DNA of 64,000 nt from the NCBI RefSeq assembly GCF_004010195.1, contig NC_057734.1:45085605-45149604 (forward strand). Direction: 5' to 3'. Below the pieces are notes generated by a model that saw only the letters and a list, made by a program, of their open reading frames with translations, was not told where the DNA came from and made no database searches. How positions within the stretch are numbered: position 1 is the first letter of the stretch; the number at the start of each line of letters is the position of its first letter. The translations under genes and the position numbers were made by a program. Source of the stretch: Chiloscyllium plagiosum (Eukaryota). Positions 12,428 to 23,761 of this stretch are shown one piece after another.

Positions 12428-12533
12428 GTAACGATACCACTATAACACAATCGCTGCTTACACACCATGGTGTCCCAGTGGTCACCCTGTCCAACGGCAA
12501 GTCATACTGCTTTAACACTTCCCTATGCACATG
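12428..12533 (+). CDS. HIRA: HIRA coding exon (GNDTTITQSLLTHHGVPVVTLSNGKSYCFNTSLCTW)
   Basis: tctgcAG acceptor and GTAAGG donor. 106 nt. Matches recalled HIRA LLTQHGIPV..LSDGKAYCFNPSLSTW. Confidence 0.95.
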
Positions 12534-12824
12534 GTAAGGATTAATGGTTTGATTGGTCTCAAATTGAATTTTGATATTTTGGTGACAGGCAACCTTTGCA
12601 CTTAATCTTAAGTTTAGAGATAAATACTGCTCGTTCAATGGGGATTTTGCATGGCTGGGAGGGTGGGTATTGTAAAAGACATTTTGGTAATTGATAAATG
12701 TATGGCACTATCAATTTATTTTTAGTAAACTGGATCTCATCATTCATCATTTACATACTGTGTATACTGAGTACTCATTATCACATAATAATATATGATT
12801 AGGGGCAGGAGTGGGCCATTCAGC

Positions 12825-13250
12825 ATGGAAACAGATCCTTTGATCCAACCCGTCCATGCCAACCAGATATCCTAAATTAATCTAGTCCCATTTGCCAGCA
12901 TTTGGCCCATATGTTGTAGTTTTACAAACCTCCAGCACCACCGCTGGCAGTTCATTCCATAAACACACCCTCTGCATGAAACAATTGTCCCCAAGTCCCT
13001 TTTAAATCTTTCCCCTCTTAGCTTAAACCTATGTCCTCAGGTTTTGGACTCCCCTATCCTGGGAAAAAGATCCTGGCAATTCACACTACCCATCCCCTCA
13101 TGATTTTATAAACTTCTATGAGCCTCTGATGCCTCAGGGAAAAAAAGCTCCAATCTATTCAACCTCTCCCTACAGCTCAAACTCTCCAATCTTTCCTGCA
13201 CCCTTTCAAGTTTAACAACATCTTTCCTATAGCAGGAAGACCAGAATTGA
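12825..13250 (-). mobile_element. CR1 LINE 3' end
   Basis: Same 3' UTR and ORF2 end as the copies at 31290-32130 and 45105-46695. Confidence 0.75.
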
Positions 13251-13470
13251 ACCCCTCGAAGGTCATGGCTGATCTGTTTGTATATTGAATTTAATATTTC
13301 TATTTACCCCTGATACCCATTCCCCTTGCTTCCCAAGAATCCAAGACTATCTACCCCACCTTAATAATATTCCTCAATCTCTTTCTGAGGCAGAGTTCCA
13401 AATTTGCTTAACCTTCTGAGAGATAGCATCTCCATCTCTATCTCTGTTCTAAAAGGGTAACCACTAATTA

Positions 13471-14086
13471 TAGAATCATCAAATCCCCACACTGTTGAAA
13501 CAGGCCCTTTGGTCCAACAAATCCACACCAACCCCTTGAAGAGCATCCCACCCAAACCCATTCCCCTCTACATTTACCCCTGAGTAATGCACCTAACCTA
13601 TACACCTCTGAACACTATAGGCAATTTAGTATGGCCAATTCACCTAACCTGCACATTTTTGGATTGTGGGAGGACACTGGAGCACCCAAAAGAAACCCAT
13701 GCAAACACAGGGAATGGGCGGCTCAGTGGTTAGCACTGCTGCCTCTCAGCACTAGGGACCCGGGTTTGATTCCTGCCTTGGGCGACTGCCCTTGTGGAGT
13801 TTGCACATTCTCCCCGTGTCTGCTTGTGTTTCCTCCCCCAATCCAAAGATGTGCAGTTTAGGTGAATTGGCCATGCTAAATTACCCATAGTGTTAGGTGC
13901 ATTAGTCAGGGTGGGTTACTCATTGATAGGTCGGTGTGGACTTGCTGGGCCAAATGGCCTGTTTCCACATTGTAGGGAATCTAAATGCGTAAACTTGACA
14001 CAGACAGTTGACCGAGGCTGGAATCGAATCCAGGTCCCTGGCGTGGTGAGGCAGCAGTGTTAACCACTGAGCCACCATGCCGCCCC
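13471..14086. mobile_element. HE1 SINE (- strand) interrupted by a second HE1 SINE (+ strand, ~13717-13984)
   Basis: The - strand copy breaks at ...GCAAACACAGGGAATG and resumes at ~13985 (ATGCGTAAACTTGACACAGACAG...CCACCATGCCGCCC). Confidence 0.85.
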
Positions 14087-15059
14087 TATGTTGGGCAGTG
14101 AATATATTAATACTTCAGTGAATAGGGACATTGACATTATAACTTGGAGTTATAATCGGGTAGAGGTGGAGAAATAGTGTGGCAAACTAATTATGTTGTT
14201 GGGATCTCTATGCTTTCTAACATGCATCAGAGGTTCTTTAGCATTATGTGCCAATGTTCATTCTTTGAAGGATGTACCCAATTAGTTCTGCATATTCCTG
14301 CAAATACTTTCCTACCGAGTAATACCCAATTCCCTGGTGTTCACTGATTAGGATTCAAAGTCTTGATGCAGATCGGTGCAGCACAGCTGTTCTCACTGCT
14401 CATGGGTTGTGGAATGATGATTGTTGATTGTACCCATGACCATTTTGTTAGGAGGAAGGTCCCCTCCTTGATAACAAAATGCATACAGCTCAATCCTTTT
14501 GAGTCAAAGCTTTGAGATAGTTTTTTTTTTTACCAATCTATGTGTAACTGCTATGAGAACACAGCCCAACTGCACAAGTGGTATCAGGATGGTCAGAACA
14601 TGTCATTTTTGTTATAAGAGTGCAGCTAAGTACTTCCAGAATCTTTTTGGTCTTCTATTTGCTTTGATGGGGATTTTTAATAGCATTTTTAAAATGCCAT
14701 TAATCATTTTAAATTGAATCTTGTGATGAATGATCCGAAGCAGATCTGAAAATATCTGACTGAAACCACCGATCTGATTTGAGTAACTGGGGAAGTGTAA
14801 CTGAACTGTACTTTCAAATAGACCAAACACAGCAGTCAAGCATCATAAATAGCACACTGGAGTATTTATTTGAATCAGATTTAAATACCTTATATGCCTG
14901 GGAGTTTCCCTTACTAAAAACAGTCTGTTTTGCGGCCAGCACATTGGTGCTGTTTGTAAAGATAACAGATTGGCCTTTCCGTGTAATTGCACTACACTGG
15001 ATCCTCACAGGTGAATGACCAGTGAATGTGTCACTGCATATATGTCGAAGTCTACAGAC

Positions 15060-17235
15060 ACAAATACAAACCTGGGTGGCAACTTTCAAGGATCTATGTA
15101 CCTGGACACCAAGATCTCTCTGTTCATCTATACTACCAAGAATCTTACCATTAGCCCAGTAATCTGCATTCCTGTTACTCCTTTCAATGTGAATCACCTC
15201 ACACTTTTCCACATTAAATTCGATTTGCCACCTCTCGGCCCAGCTCTGCAGCTTATCTATGTCCCTCTGTAACCTACAACATCCTTTGTCACTATCCACA
15301 ACTCTACCGACTTTAGTGTCATCCGCAAATTCACTAGCCCATCCTTCTATGCCCTCATCCTGGTCATTTTTAAAAATGACAAGCAACAATGGACTCAAAA
15401 CAGATCCTTGCAGTACACTGAACTCCAGGCTGAACATTTCCCATCAACCGCCACCCTTTGTCTTCTTTCAGTGAGCTGATTTCTGATCCAAACTGCTAAA
15501 TCACCCTCGATCCTATGCCTCGGTATCTTGGGGAACCTTATCAAACACCTTACTGAAATCCATACATACCACATCAACCACTTTTACCCTCTTCCATCTG
15601 TTCGATCACCTTCTCAAAAAGGTTTGTGAGGCACGACCTACTCTTCACAAAACTGTGTTGATTATCCCTATTCAACTTATTCCTTTCGAGATTATTATAA
15701 ATCCTATCTCTTATAATCCTTTCCAACACTTTACCCACAACTGAAGTAAGGCTCACAAGTTTATAATTTCCAGGGTTGTCTCTACACCCCTTGAATAAGG
15801 GAACAACATTTGCTAACCTCCAGCCTTTTCCTGTAGACAATGACAACATAAAGATCAAAGCCAAAGGCTTGGCAATGTCCTCCCTGGCTTCCCAGAGAAT
15901 CCTAGGATAAATCCTATCTGACCCAGTGGATTCTTTTTTTTTAAACATTTTACGCATTCCAGAATTGCTAACACCTCGTCCTTATGTACCTCAATCCCAT
16001 CTAGTCTAGTAGCCTGTATATCCGTATTCTCCTCGACCACATTGTCTTTCTCTAGTGTGAATACTGATGAAAAATATTCATTTAGTGCTTCTCCTATCTT
16101 CTCTGACTCATGCACACCTTCCCACTACTATGTTTGATTGGCCTACTGTTACTCTAGTCATTCTTTTATTCCTGATATACCTATAGAAAGCCTTAGGGTT
16201 TTCCTATCCATCAACGACTTCTTGTATCTCCTCCTGGTTCCTCTTAGTTCTGTCTTTAGATCTTTCCTGGCTAACTTGTAACTCTCAAGCGCCCTAACTG
16301 AGCCATCACATCTCATCCTAGTATAACACTTCTTCCTCTTGACAAGAGATTCAACTTCCTTAGTTGACTCCTGCCTGACCGGTACATACTTATCAGGACC
16401 CGCAGTAGCTTTCCTTGAATAAGCTCCACATTTCAATTGTGCCCATCCTCTGCAGTTTCATTCCTCATCCTATGCATGCTAATATGTACCTATCCCTTTC
16501 CATCAATAAAGTAAACATAATAGACTAATGGTCATGATCACCAAAGTGCTCACCTACCTCCAAATCTAAAACCTGGCCAGGCTCATTACCCAGTACCAAA
16601 TCTAACGTGACCTCGTCCTTTGTTGGCCTGTCTACATGGCCCTCCTGCACGCATTGGACAAAAACTGACCCATCTAAAGTACTTAAACTGTAGTATTCCC
16701 AGTCGATATTTGGAAAGTTAAAGTCTCTCATAACAACTACCCTGTCACTCTCACTCCTACTGAGGATCATCTTTGCTTTTCTATTCGCTACATCTCTTGA
16801 ATTATTTGAAGGCCTATAGAAAACTCCCAATGGGGTAACCTCTCCTTTCCTGTTTTTAATCTCAGCCCATACTACCTCATAGAGTCCTCAAACGTCCTTT
16901 CTGCAATTGTAATACTGTCCTCGACTAACAGTGCCACACCACCCCCTCTTTTATCATATTCTCTATTCTTAATGAATCTAAATCCCAGAAGCTACAATAA
17001 TCATTTCTGTCCCTGCTCTACTCATGTCTCTGAAATGGCCACAACATCGAAATCTCAGGTACCAACCCATAATGCAATTTCAAACCAACTTCTTGCTTGC
17101 CGGTGCCTTCTTGCGATCTTGAAGTCTTAATTCTGACTTCACTACTCTCAACCTCCCGTATACGTGAACTACAATTTTAGTTCTCATCCTCCTGCTGAAT
17201 CAGTTTAAACTGACCCAAAGAGCATTAGCAAATTT
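15060..17235 (-). mobile_element. CR1 LINE ORF2 (endonuclease + RT), decayed
   Basis: ORF-track fragments GVFYRPSN..VVMRDFNFPNIDW, ANVVPLFKG..DNPGNYKLVSLTSVVGKVLE and QGSVLSPLL..EFADDTK. Confidence 0.92.
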
Positions 17236-17544
17236 TAATACTTCTATACTTCAATAAGTACAAATGCAACTCAGTTCAACTCAGCTGCACTGAACAATAA
17301 GAACCAGTAAGAGGACAAAGTAAGTGTCCAGTTATTCTTTCCTGGGAAAAGATATCACCATGATATACAGATGGAAGAGTAGGCCCCTTATCTATTTGTG
17401 TGACTGATCTTTTTTTATTAGGTTATGTTTCACAACCTTTGTGAATGATCTGATACCAAACCAGGGGTGATACAGTCCAATAAGATCAACTTGTGTTATT
17501 CACCTTCAGGCCTTTTGTCTCATTTGCATTGCTTTACTTCTCAG

Positions 17545-17667
17545 GAATTTGATCTCGGACAAACAGGACTCACTGGTTCAGTGTGCAGATTACCGCAGCT
17601 GTTTAACTTCTCAGGAGGCCATGTTGTGCTCAGGTCCATTGGCCACAGTACAAGGCTGCGGAATAAA
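17545..17667 (+). CDS. HIRA: HIRA coding exon ((W)NLISDKQDSLVQCADYRSCLTSQEAMLCSGPLATVQGCGI)
   Basis: ttctcAG acceptor and GTAAGT donor. 123 nt. Matches recalled WNLVSDKQDSLAQCADFRSSLPSQDAMLCSGPLA. Confidence 0.95.
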
Positions 17668-17854
17668 GTAAGTGGCTGCATTGCTGATTTGTCCATCAAT
17701 GCAGTAAAGAGACAACTAGCATAACGTTATTTGAATTTATTTGTTAATCTTTCCAAAGTTTTTGATTAGAAACATTCGTCCAATATATTTTCTATAGAAG
17801 TGGTCATATTTATTCCTCATGAACTTCTGCATTGTGATTGTACTGATTTCCAGT

Positions 17855-19160
17855 TTGATTTGAATGATTTTGAATTTATTTATTGTCACATGTACCAAGG
17901 CACAGTGAAAAGCTTTATCTTGCGAACAATACAGGCAGATCACATAGTTAAGTAGCATAGATAAGTAAATAATAGGTAAACTGTGGCCAAAACTAAAACA
18001 CAGGTAGAGGTGACTGTTAAGAGTTTGAGAGTCCATTCAGTATTTTAACAACAGTAGGCTAGAAACTGTTTCGAAACTGGCTGGTGTGTGTGTTCAGGCT
18101 TCTGTACCTTCTCCCCAATGGTAGAGGTTGTAGAAAAGCATTGCCAGGGTAGGATGGATCTTTGAGATTGCTGGCGGCCTTTCCTTGACAGTGGGCCTGG
18201 TAGATGGATTCTATAGATGGGAGGTTGGCCTTTGTTATTGTCCAGGCCGAGTTCACTATTCTGTGTAATCATCTCCGATCTTGAATGGTACAGTTGCCAT
18301 ACCAGGTGGTGATACATCCAGACAGAAGGCTCTCGATGGTTCACCTATAAAAGTTGGCAAGGGTATTCGCCGTCATGCCAAGTTACCTCAGTTGCCTGAG
18401 GAAGAGGAGACATTGTTGGGCCTTTGTAACCAGTGCGTCTACATGAAGAGTCCAACAAAGCTTGTTTTGGATGACCACTAACAGGACCTTGACACTCTCC
18501 ACTCGTTCCACCTCTGTGCTGTTAATATGTAGGGGTGCACGAGTGACATCCTGCTGAAAGTCAATAATTAGTTCCTTGATTTTGCCGGCATTGAGAGATA
18601 GGTTGTTCTCGATGCACCATTTTTCCAGGTCTTCCACTTCCCGACTGTAGTCTGTTTTGTCGTCATCTGAGATTCAACCGACTGGTGGTATCTTCAGTGA
18701 ACTTGTAAATGGCATTATAGTCAAGATTAGAGTGGTGCTGGAAAAGCACAGCAGGTCAGGCAGCATCCGAGGAGCAGGAAAATTGATATTTCAGGCAGAA
18801 GCCCTTCATCGGGAATGAGGCTGGAAGCCTCAGGGGTGGAGAGATAAATGGGAGGTGGTGGGGCTGGCGAGAAGTTAGTTGAGAGTGCAAGAGGTGGATG
18901 GAGGAGGGGGTAAAAGTGATAGGTCAGAGAGCAGATAGGTGGGAAGGAAGATTGACAGGTGGGACAAGTCATGTAAATGACATTAGTCTGGTATTTGGCA
19001 ATGCAATCATGGGTATACGGTGAGTACATTAGGGGGCTGAGTATGCACCGTTGGGGGGCTCCAGTGTTTAGTGTTTGTCGCTGATTGCGACCTGTGGGTC
19101 AGGAAATTGAGGATCCAGTTGTAGAGAGTGGGGCTTAGTCCAAGATCACTAAGTTTAGTA
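17855..19160 (-). mobile_element. Rex1/Babar-type LINE 3' part
   Basis: YSPYTHDC..., WCIENNLSLNAGKIKELIIDF..PLHINSTEVERVES..KAQQCLLFLRQLR, and an AATAAA-(TCAAA)n tail. Confidence 0.85.
18718..18971 (-). mobile_element. Penelope-like terminus inserted in the Rex1 element, 14-bp TSD
   Basis: TGTAAATGGCATTA (18704-18717) and TGTAAATGACATTA (18972-18985) flank it. The hammerhead core is mutated (CCGATGA). Confidence 0.8.
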
Positions 19161-19806
19161 ATCTACGTGATTGTGCACTTGTGTGAGCAATTTCTGAAAC
19201 AGGGAATTTACCATCAACTTCCTGAAGTGACCTTGCACCTCAAGATGTTTGCAAGGCGATACAAAGGAATATGCATTGGTGGTGCTGCAATTTGTGTTCC
19301 TTCACTGTAAGTCAAATGGTGCAACAAGGCCTGTTCTCACTGATTATTGTGGGAATACCAATGGATGTTCTTCCTTGAACAGACCATTGCTACCCTTCTT
19401 CCCTAGGAACGGGAAGCAGACCTTGAAAGGCAGGAAGAGGATTCGGAAGATTTGACCATGGAAAAGGCACAGCTTCACTTTTCAGCCTGTGGCCTGAGCA
19501 GGTTACTTCACTTGCAAGTGGCCTCGCCGGTCTCCTTCCACCAGCCTTAAATTTGAAGCTGACAATGACTTCACTTCCACCGCATAGATGTATAAAGCAG
19601 TCAGGGGCAGACTAGAGACCAATGGGAGGGTCATCTGGGAAATTCTACAGGTTATCCCCTAAGAAAACCCTCCCGTGGAAAGTAAAATTCTGGGCCCTGT
19701 GATCTTTATGTGGAAGGATAAGGACAAAAATGTCCACAACTCAGATTGTGCCAAGGATGTGATTTCAGTGCCGGTGAGCTGTAAAGTCAATCTCTGTATT
19801 TTCTAG

Positions 19807-19970
19807 TGCTGGACGCCAGGCTGCCAGACTCTCCTCAATGCCTCATGTCTTACAGCGAGGGACGACGCTGGCTTATCTGGAAAATCAGGTGGCAGCTGCA
19901 ATGACACTAAAATCTAGCCAGGAATACCGTCACTGGCTTCTCATCTACACCCGCTATTTAGTAAATGAAG
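19807..19970 (+). CDS. HIRA: HIRA coding exon (AGRQAARLSSMPHVLQRGTTLAYLENQVAAAMTLKSSQEYRHWLLIYTRYLVNE)
   Basis: ttctAG acceptor and GTAGTC donor. Contains the TTLAYLENQVAAA..EYRHWLL..RYLVNEG HIRA signature. Confidence 0.97.
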
Positions 19971-20057
19971 GTAGTCTTGTTTCTCAAGTGTTTTGCCTTG
20001 GTTTCGTTGATTTTTTTTTTACACAGGTACTCTGCTAACAATTGTGTCTAATTGCAG

Positions 20058-20146
20058 GATACGAGCCTCGCTTAAGGGAGCTGTGCAAAGATTTGCTGGG
20101 CCCTGTTCACAGCTCTTCCAGTAGTCAGTGGGAGTCAACTGTCTTG
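20058..20146 (+). CDS. HIRA: HIRA penultimate coding exon (GYEPRLRELCKDLLGPVHSSSSSQWESTVL)
   Basis: ttgcAG acceptor and GTAAGC donor. Contains the RLRE.CKDLLGPVH motif. Confidence 0.96.
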
Positions 20147-20895
20147 GTAAGCACTAGGATCATTTAACACATCAGGCAGAGATTCCCACTGTGTGATAAC
20201 AGTAGTAAAACAGTGGTATGTAGTGCAGTTATTATGTACATCGTCAGAATGTACCAGTACTTTTAAAGCAAGACAGTTGTTAGGTCTGCATAATTTCAGA
20301 AATACTGCTGTGTGTGCTGCTGAGTTTTTATTTTGTTTTGCTCAGTAAGCAATTTACTGGAACAAGACCAGGAAACCCCCACATGGAGGTAGCTGATCTC
20401 AACAAGGTTATGTGTTATGGGTTGACAAATGACCTTGACCACCTTTGGCCAGGAGGAAACTTGGAGACTTCCTACTTCTGATGGTTACTCTCCTGGAAGT
20501 ACTTATTAGCATTGAGAACAAAACACATTCACATATTTAAAACTCCCTGTGAAGGAGCCAAACATAAATTACCACTGAGGAGTTGTAAGTGTTAGTGTAA
20601 CCATATTCTAGCTAGGTATCTTCAGCTGAGAATGTGGTTTTGTATGGAGGGAGAAAATAGGGAAGGTAAAGGTCCAATTTTAACCAGTTCCCAAATGGAC
20701 TGGGACATGTCATTTGCCTTTCTTCCCAGATCCAACCACTGTTCATCCTACTTCAACGGCATATCAGGAAATATTTTTGCATTAAAAATTAGGTGTTAAA
20801 TACTTTGTTCTATTTATCTTAATCTCAGCAAAATTTGCTGTGTCAAGATGCGTAGTCATTGTTTAAGAGGGAAAGGCAGGTGTAGGACTGAAACA

Positions 20896-21530
20896 TGTGA
20901 CTGTGGTTAGGGATTGTGTGCTGCAGTCTGCTCTGTGACTGTGTGTGGGGGATTGTGTGCTGCACTCTGTCCTGTGACTGTGTGTGGGGGGATTGTGTGC
21001 TGCACTCTGTCCTGTGACTGTGTGGCAGGGATTGTGTGCTGCAGTCTGTCCTGTGACTGTGTGTGGGGGATTGTGTGCTGCACTCTGTCCTGTGACTGTG
21101 TGTGGGGGATTGTGTGCTGCAGTCGGCCCTGTGACTGTGTGTGGGGGATTGTGTGCTGCAGTCTGTCTTGTGACTGTGTGTGGGGGATTGTGTGCTGCAG
21201 TCGGCCCTCTGACTGTGTGTGGGGGATTGTGTGCTGCAGTCTGCCCTGTGACTGTGTGTGGGGGATTGTGTGCTGCAGTCGGCCCTCTGACTGTGTGTGG
21301 GGGATTGTGTGCTGCAGTCTGTCTTGTGACTGTGTGTGGGGGATTGTGTGCTGCAGTCTGTCTTGTGACTGTGGGTCAGGGATTGTGTGCTGCAGTCTGT
21401 CCTGTGACTGTGTGTGGGGGATTGTGTGCTGCAGTCTGCCCTGTGACTGTGTGTGGGGGATTGTGTGCTGCAGTCGGCCCTCTGACTGTGTGTGGGGGAT
21501 TGTGTGCTGCAGTCTGCCCTGTGACTGTGT
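20896..21530. repeat. 39-bp GT-rich minisatellite, ~16 units
   Basis: Unit GGGGGATTGTGTGCTGCAGTCTGTCCTGTGACTGTGTGT with a few variant types. It explains the 13-aa periodic ORFs. Confidence 0.97.
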
Positions 21531-21729
21531 TCCAGATTAAAAGCAAAATGCGGATGCTGGAAATCTGATGTACAAACAGAAACTACTGGAGAAATCTAGC
21601 AGGTCTGGCAGCAGCTGTGTAAAGTGGGAGAGAGAGACAGTTACATTTCAGTCTGGTATGACTCTTCATTGGAATTGTTCCAAAGGAAAGTCCTGCTGAT
21701 CTCAACACCAACTATTTCTTTCCCAGAAG

Positions 21730-22690
21730 TTGTTTGGCAGACAGGAAACAAAAATAGTGGGGTCTTTTTCTGACTGGCTGGCGCAGGGTTCAGAGTTTAG
21801 GTCCCAGCTATTCACAACAGATGAATTATTGATTTAGATGAGGAAATTATCAGATTTCCAAGTTTGCAGGTCACTCAAAACTGGGTAGGAGTGTATGCTG
21901 TGAAGATTGCAAAGATGATTCAGTGTGATTTGGACAAGTTAAGTAAGTGGGTAAGTACATGGCAGATACAATATATTGCGGATTAATGTGAAGTTATCCA
22001 TTTTTGGTTGCAAAAACTGACAGGCAGACTAAAAGGATGGTGATAGATTGGGAAAGTGGGAGATGCAATCAGATCTGGGTGTCCTTGTACACCAGTCACT
22101 GAAAGTGACCATGCAGATGTAGCAGGCAAAGAAGAAGGCAAATGGTATGTCAGCCTTCATACCAAGAGGATTTGAGTACAGGAACAGGGATATCCTGCTG
22201 CAACTGTTGGGAGCCTTGGTAAGACCACATGTGGAGTATCGTGTACAGTTTTAGTCTCCTTATCTGAGGGAAGATGTTCTGACTATGGAGTGAGTGCAAC
22301 AAAGTTTTACTGGCCTGATTGCTGGGGTCGTGAGACTGACTATGGGAAGAGATTGAATCAGTTAGGACTATAATCCATTGAGTTCCGAACGACGAGGAGG
22401 ATTGGATAGGGTCCGGGAATCCAAAACCAGGGGTAACAGTCTAAGGATAAGAGGTAGTTCTTTGGAGATGAGAAATGTTTTCACAAGGGGTGAACTGCAG
22501 AAAGCAGTTGAGGCCAAAATATTGAATGTTTTCAAGAAGGAGTTGATGCAGTTCTTAGGGCGAAAGGGATCAAAGGGTGAAGGGAGAAAGTGGGAACAAG
22601 GTACTGAATAGTGTGATCTGTCATGATCATAGTGAATGGCAGAGCAGGTTTAAGTTTCAAATGGCCTATTCGTGCTCCTACATTCTATGT
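21730..22690 (+). mobile_element. CR1 LINE RT/3' fragment nested in a palindromic Penelope-type element
   Basis: Decayed KFAG..WQIQY..CEVIHFG..LVRPHVEY.VQF motifs and a CR1 tail. The flanks 21535-21700 and 22692-22712 are halves of the palindromic family. Confidence 0.75.
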
Positions 22691-22893
22691 TTTTCCAGCA
22701 GTTTTTGTTTTATATATGTGAGTAAGAGATTGTGTGTTGCAGTCTGTACTGCGACTGTGTGGGATTGGTTGCTGTGGTCTTCCAACTTAAAGTCGTATCC
22801 TCTAGTCCTAGACTTCCCAACCAGTGATGCAAAAATTAAAGCTGCTGCAGATATTGAGCATTTATGTGAAAGGTCTTTTCATTCCAAATGCAG

Positions 22894-23010
22894 GGACTGC
22901 GGAAAAGAGAGCTGCTAAAGGAGATGCTCCCTGTGATTGGACAGAACCTCCGATTCCAGAGACTCTTCACAGAGTATCAGGACCAGCTGGACCTTCTGAA
23001 AGACAAGTAG
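22894..23010 (+). CDS. HIRA: HIRA last coding exon (GLRKRELLKEMLPVIGQNLRFQRLFTEYQDQLDLLKDK*)
   Basis: tgcAG acceptor, phase 0, TAG at 23008-23010. Matches the recalled HIRA C-terminus. Confidence 0.97.
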   Translation, partial: GLRKRELLKEMLPVIGQNLRFQRLFTEYQDQLDLLKDK

Positions 23011-23755
23011 CGCTACCCTGTAGTTGTTTTTGTTTGAGGATCTGACTGTGCTAGTTCTCGGGGAGACTTGCTGTGGTCAGCTGGTGACCCGTTTGGGAGA
23101 GATGGACTTGAGGATTTGGGGTTCGATCTGGGAGAGGCATCTGCGTTTAGTTCCACCAAGTTGGCCTACTCCAGGTTGTGACATTCTCATGGAAACGGCG
23201 TTGCTGGTCTGATTGCATCACTTCACAACTAGCGGCTGTGCAGTCCATGCACACACAGTTGACTTGCAGTGGTACTGCAGGACGTGGGTGACCAGGGGGC
23301 TAGTGCTCCACCCAGTGTTTGGTTGGAGTTGACCAAGATTGATGACTCTGCCCAACTTGTAATGTACACTGGTCCCCTTACTTACCAGATAGAGTGACTT
23401 CGCACCCTGTGCCCACAATAAGCTACCAAGTCCAATGCTGTATGACACTCAGCCGTTTACTGGTTGTTCCTTTCCACGGAAAAGAAAGGCAACACCGATG
23501 TGAAAGCCATCAGGCTTCGAGTCTTCTCAGTTAGAGGATGAGCCGCTGAGTTCAGACTTTTAACAGTGTAGTTTTCATTTTGCCTGATGTACTAAGTTAC
23601 ATATCTGTTTACTGTCTGTCATTGTTAAAAGTGTGAATGCGAGAAAGAGAAATTCTAATGAGTGACCATGAACATGGCAAAGTTGTACAGAAACCTAATC
23701 CACCCTTTGGTACCTTTTAACTTTATACAGGCAAATTTTTTGTTCATTTTTATAA

Positions 23756-23761
23756 AATAAA
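23756..23761 (+). terminator. Probable HIRA polyadenylation signal
   Basis: AATAAA ~750 nt after the stop, followed by a GT/T-rich tract (TTGTATGTCTGTTTTT). Confidence 0.6.

Noticed and set aside
20896-21530. CRISPR-like array
   Set aside because: Head-to-tail units with no unique spacers, in a eukaryotic context.
20914-21568. Cys-rich 208/194-aa ORFs resembling keratin-associated or metallothionein proteins
   Set aside because: Translations of a 39-bp stop-free minisatellite inside a HIRA intron; open in more than one frame.
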